Source: Spirochaetia bacterium
GTDB taxonomy: Bacteria > Spirochaetota > Spirochaetia > CADAEX01
Length of the DNA: 64,000 nt
NCBI GenBank assembly: GCA_963662795.1
Contig: OY759746.1
Location: 3,104,001 to 3,168,000, forward strand
Direction of reading: 5' to 3'
Below the pieces are notes generated by a model. The model searched no databases. It was not told the DNA's origin and saw only the letters and a list, made by a program, of their open reading frames with translations. Made by a program: the position numbers and the translations under genes. Below, one piece after another: positions 60,539 through 64,000 of the stretch. How positions within the stretch are numbered: the first letter of the stretch is position 1; each line of letters opens with the position of its first letter.

Positions 60539-61327
60539 TCAGGTTTGAAGAATGGCATAGTCTTTATCATTTAAAAGTTTTCTGACTTCTTTTATAAATT
60601 TCTCATAATCCGGGGGTTTTATCCGGTTTTTGTAAAGAAGATCAATTTTATGCAGTTCATTTATTTCTGAATTATATCTTATAACAGCTGCTTTTTCCTT
60701 TTCCCTTACAGTTTCAATGCTGCACAGTTTTCCCAGTTTTTCTGCTGCAGTGAGATATCCGGCAAACGACCTGCAGTCGCACATCGCGCCGGGGTGTATC
60801 AGGGAACATCTTCCCCTGATATGCTCCTGTGCCGCTTTTCTTGCCCTGTGTAGGTTCACTTTTACGGCGCTTTCACTAATATCAAGAATTTTTGCAGTTT
60901 CCTTTACAGAGAGGTCAAGCATCACTCTGAGGGTATAAACAGTTCTGTATAATGGAGGCATGCAGTTCATAAACATCTGAAGGCAGGTCTCTCTTGTCAT
61001 TGATACAATAACATTATCCTCAACCCTGCCGAAGCTGTTTATGTGGTCAAAGATCTCCTGTTTTGTCACATTGGTGTTTTCCGCATATTCATCGACCGGA
61101 AGACGGGACTGCTTCATGCTGTATTTTTTCGCTGTATTTACCACTATCCGGTAAAGCCATGTATAAACTGAGCTTGAGTTCCTGAAATCAGAAAATGATT
61201 TGTAGGCATTCAGAAAGGAAGTCTGAAGTATATCCTCAGAATCCTCCCTGCTTCCAGTCATTCTGAACGCAAGTGTATAGAGCCTGCCGTAGTTGTTTTT
61301 GTATATTTCCTCAAAAACAGTATCCAT
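60539..61327 (-). CDS. ECF sigma factor with Cys-containing C-terminal extension
   Basis: DSEDILQ, SSVYTWLYRI, SVKETAKILDISESAVKVNLHRAR, then GRCSLIHPGAMCDC. ATG 61327. Confidence 0.9.
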   Translation of the reverse strand: MDTVFEEIYKNNYGRLYTLAFRMTGSREDSEDILQTSFLNAYKSFSDFRNSSSVYTWLYRIVVNTAKKYSMKQSRLPVDEYAENTNVTKQEIFDHINSFGRVEDNVIVSMTRETCLQMFMNCMPPLYRTVYTLRVMLDLSVKETAKILDISESAVKVNLHRARKAAQEHIRGRCSLIHPGAMCDCRSFAGYLTAAEKLGKLCSIETVREKEKAAVIRYNSEINELHKIDLLYKNRIKPPDYEKFIKEVRKLLNDKDYAILQT

Positions 61328-61416
61328 GATCAATCCTTTAATGAATAATAAATCCAAATTTAAAGGAAATCAATGAGTCAGTAACAGTCAGCGCAAAACT
61401 GAACGGATTATTTTAA

Positions 61417-62142
61417 TTACTCTCTTACGACAGGCAGCCCTTTCCGTATCCATTCGCTTATGCCGTTTCTCATATTGTAAATATTTTCAAAACCGGCGTC
61501 TATGAGAATGTTTGCAGCTACAGTGCTTCTGTTGCCTGAAGCGCAGTAGACAAGTATTTTCTCATTCCTGTATTTTTCAAGTTTATCAAGGCTTCCGGAA
61601 AGGTCCTGTACAGGAATCAGCAATGCGTTTTTTAAATGTCCGCTCTCATATTCCCCCTTGGTGCGTACATCAAGGATAAGAGGAGAAATATTTTTAATAA
61701 GTTCATCCGCTCCGGCAGCATCAGTTTCAAAGTAGTTTTCACCGGTATAGTCAATAACATTTATAACACCGGGTTTTCCTGCTATGGAAATATCTAATTT
61801 ACCTGTTTCTTTCATTTTTATATAAGGAATATCTGCGGGGAAGGGAATATTAATATCAACGTTAAGTGATGGAATTAGCAGCTTTGCAGGTTCTTTTGAA
61901 TTTGAGCTGAATACAATGTAATCCCCCCTGTAGACAGTATAACTTTTTCCTTCGGCCGCACCATCAGCGGAAAGTATTCTCAGTCCGTTTTTAAGTGTGC
62001 CGGAGACAGTCCTGATTTCAGTTGCTGGCACCTGCTGCCGGCTGCTCTGTGCTGTATTTTCAGCTGAAACATTTTTACCAGGTGCACAGGCAGAAATAAG
62101 AATAAAAATCAATAAAGATAAAGATGTCAGATATTTTTTCAT
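61417..62142 (-). CDS. Rhodanese-domain lipoprotein
   Basis: GAGGAG RBS, lipobox ISAC, LDVRT..EY..GH and active loop YCASGNRS. Confidence 0.88.
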   Translation of the reverse strand: MKKYLTSLSLLIFILISACAPGKNVSAENTAQSSRQQVPATEIRTVSGTLKNGLRILSADGAAEGKSYTVYRGDYIVFSSNSKEPAKLLIPSLNVDINIPFPADIPYIKMKETGKLDISIAGKPGVINVIDYTGENYFETDAAGADELIKNISPLILDVRTKGEYESGHLKNALLIPVQDLSGSLDKLEKYRNEKILVYCASGNRSTVAANILIDAGFENIYNMRNGISEWIRKGLPVVRE

Positions 62143-62287
62143 AAGAAAACTCCTCATATATATGATAAAAATCATATATATGAATATAAGCAATGATTTA
62201 ACAGGCGGCAACAGGAAATATATTATTGCAATACTGTAGAAAATCTGATATTTGTGTTATCCTTTAAGCATAAACTACGAGGTAAAA

Positions 62288-63262
62288 ATGAAAAATTCTG
62301 TTGCAATACTGTGGGACGCTGAAAATGTCAATCCTAACCAGAAAGAAGGGCTGGTAGAAGCGGTAATTGAATATACAAAAAAATACGGACAGCTCTCTGT
62401 CGCCGCTGTATTTGCGGACTGGAAAAAGGTAAACCTCGGTGCCTGCGATGAGGCATTTGCCAATAACCTTTTCCAGCTTATACATGTTCCTTCATCACGA
62501 AAAAACAGCTCTGATATATCTCTTATTACGAGCGGCATAGAGTATTTGTTTCTATATCCTCACATTGACACGTTTTTTATTGTTACCGGCGATATAGATT
62601 TCAGGCCGCTTTTGGTAAGCATCAGGAGAAGGGGATGCAGGACAATCATCATCTGCGACGCAAGAAACGCGAGTGAGAACCTGCTTGAAATTGCGGATGA
62701 ATACTTTGATTACAGAACAATAATCGACCCTGACAATGAAGAAAGGTCGGAAAAACTTTCAAAAGAAAGGTGTTATTCCCTGATGACCGAGGCCATTAAA
62801 AGCATAAGGGAAAAAAAAGACAAGGCAAACTATTCCGAGGTAAAGGTCAGAATGCTTCTTTTAAACGATAATTTCAGCGAAAAGGATATCGGGTTCAACA
62901 GCTGGAGGACCTTTGTCGAGGCGGCAGAACGTGACGGTATCATAAAGATGACAGGCGATGACAAAAATATTTACCTTGAGGTAAAAGAGAACTCAGGGAA
63001 GGGCAGCGAAGCTTACGATCCTTTTGCCGCAATGCTGGCTGAGCTTAAAAGCCTTGTTAAAAGGGAAAAGGACAACCGTATTCTTTTTACAAAATTAAAC
63101 AATGTTCTTATCAGGAAAAAAATTGATATAAAAGAGCATGGTTATTCCCGTCTGAAGAAATTTTTACAGGATGCTGAAAAACGTGATCTTGTTAAGATTG
63201 AATCCGAAGGGCTCAATTACTACGTGACAATTACTGAAAAGGGATCAAAATACTCGGCCTGA
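62288..63262 (+). CDS. NYN (LabA/DUF88) domain protein with two OST-HTH/LOTUS-like domains
   Basis: WDAEN, KNSSDI, VTGDIDFRPL and ADEYF; C-terminal FSEKDIGFNSW and IKEHGYSRLKKFL repeats. Confidence 0.85.
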   Translation: MKNSVAILWDAENVNPNQKEGLVEAVIEYTKKYGQLSVAAVFADWKKVNLGACDEAFANNLFQLIHVPSSRKNSSDISLITSGIEYLFLYPHIDTFFIVTGDIDFRPLLVSIRRRGCRTIIICDARNASENLLEIADEYFDYRTIIDPDNEERSEKLSKERCYSLMTEAIKSIREKKDKANYSEVKVRMLLLNDNFSEKDIGFNSWRTFVEAAERDGIIKMTGDDKNIYLEVKENSGKGSEAYDPFAAMLAELKSLVKREKDNRILFTKLNNVLIRKKIDIKEHGYSRLKKFLQDAEKRDLVKIESEGLNYYVTITEKGSKYSA

Positions 63263-63325
63263 TCGCATAAAAATTTGTGTTTAACCTGCTGGATTTAACT
63301 TCTCAGGGATTAACATCAATTGGAA

Positions 63326-64000
63326 TCAGGAATTATCTCTCAGTTTTTGTATATAGTTTTTTCTGTAATTGGTAGGCGCCAGTCCGGTATACTGTTTGAA
63401 GATTTTTGAAAAATGGAATTCACTATAGAATTTAAGTTTATCCGCAATCAAGTTGATTGTCATGTCGGTATTTGTCAGCATGTATGTCGCGGCCTCAATT
63501 TTCAGTCTCGTAAAATATTTCATCGGTGTAATTCCCATTTTTCTTTTAAACAGTCGTATAAAGTAAGAATCTGTAAGACTGAGTTTGAAAGTAATATCTT
63601 TTAATGTAAGGTTGTTTGTAACATTGTTCTGCATAATCTTAAGTGATTTTTCAAGCTGAATATTTCTTGATTCGGTGTAGTTGAAATCCCTCTGCTCGGC
63701 AAGTGTATATAGAAAGGAAATAAGCTGATGTGATGCTGATTTCTGAAGATTGTGATTCTGTGAAAGCCCTTTCTCTTTTAATTCCTCAAAGAAAAACCGG
63801 TAATTTGTACCAATATTATAATACCATTTAACCAGCAGCTCATTTTTGATAAGCCTTTCAATTTCCCTGTTATGGGAAGACAGTTCAACGAGAACTGCGT
63901 AATAGCTTAACGGTTTGTAATTATCGTCTGTAATGATTGAGTGATTCATCTCCGGTGAGGTGATAAAAAGAGCGCCGGGGTTGATTCTGTATATGGTTTT
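63326..64000 (-). CDS. AraC-family transcriptional regulator (5' end outside the window)
   Basis: Frame is open to the window end (cupin-like RINPGALFITSPEMNH); YFIRLFKRKMGITPMKY and FSKIFKQYTGLAPTNYRK. Confidence 0.92.
   Translation of the reverse strand, partial: KTIYRINPGALFITSPEMNHSIITDDNYKPLSYYAVLVELSSHNREIERLIKNELLVKWYYNIGTNYRFFFEELKEKGLSQNHNLQKSASHQLISFLYTLAEQRDFNYTESRNIQLEKSLKIMQNNVTNNLTLKDITFKLSLTDSYFIRLFKRKMGITPMKYFTRLKIEAATYMLTNTDMTINLIADKLKFYSEFHFSKIFKQYTGLAPTNYRKNYIQKLRDNS

Overview
Bacterial chromosome segment, most likely from a free-living or anaerobic spirochaete (Spirochaetia). This rests on the flhA-flhF-flhG-orf-fliA-fapA gene order, a lipoprotein gene divergent from secA, an 'AGGKSE'-type solute-binding-protein signal and a MurE EDPR motif. 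About 1-45.5 kb and 54-64 kb are mostly housekeeping or metabolic: flagellar export and sigma28 genes, an orphan cheA, murE, queD, an MCP, an MBL-cNMP protein, an acyl-CoA ligase, an ABC-F protein, leuCD, nrdJ with NrdR boxes, secA, an M23 peptidase, a PBP, maf, an ABC importer and an ECF/OsmC/rhodanese cluster. About 45.7-53.9 kb is an AT-rich decaying integrative island. It holds att-like repeats, a triply frameshifted tyrosine integrase, an HTH-ImmA/IrrE + DUF4411(PIN) pair, higB-higA(IrrE), a HEPN-motif Abi-like gene split by an intact IS30, and several tiny ORFs. The most striking unannotated signal lies inside the island. It is a 43-aa basic proline-rich peptide gene (50597-50728) with a perfect sigma70 promoter, a roughly 165-nt structured leader and a roughly 65-nt cis-antisense RNA that has its own promoter and terminator. 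Its promoter sits back-to-back with the higBA promoter around a shared palindrome. This is a type I toxin-antitoxin-like architecture with an atypical, non-hydrophobic peptide. No rRNA, tRNA or CRISPR array was seen. All family assignments come from motif recognition by eye, not database searches.
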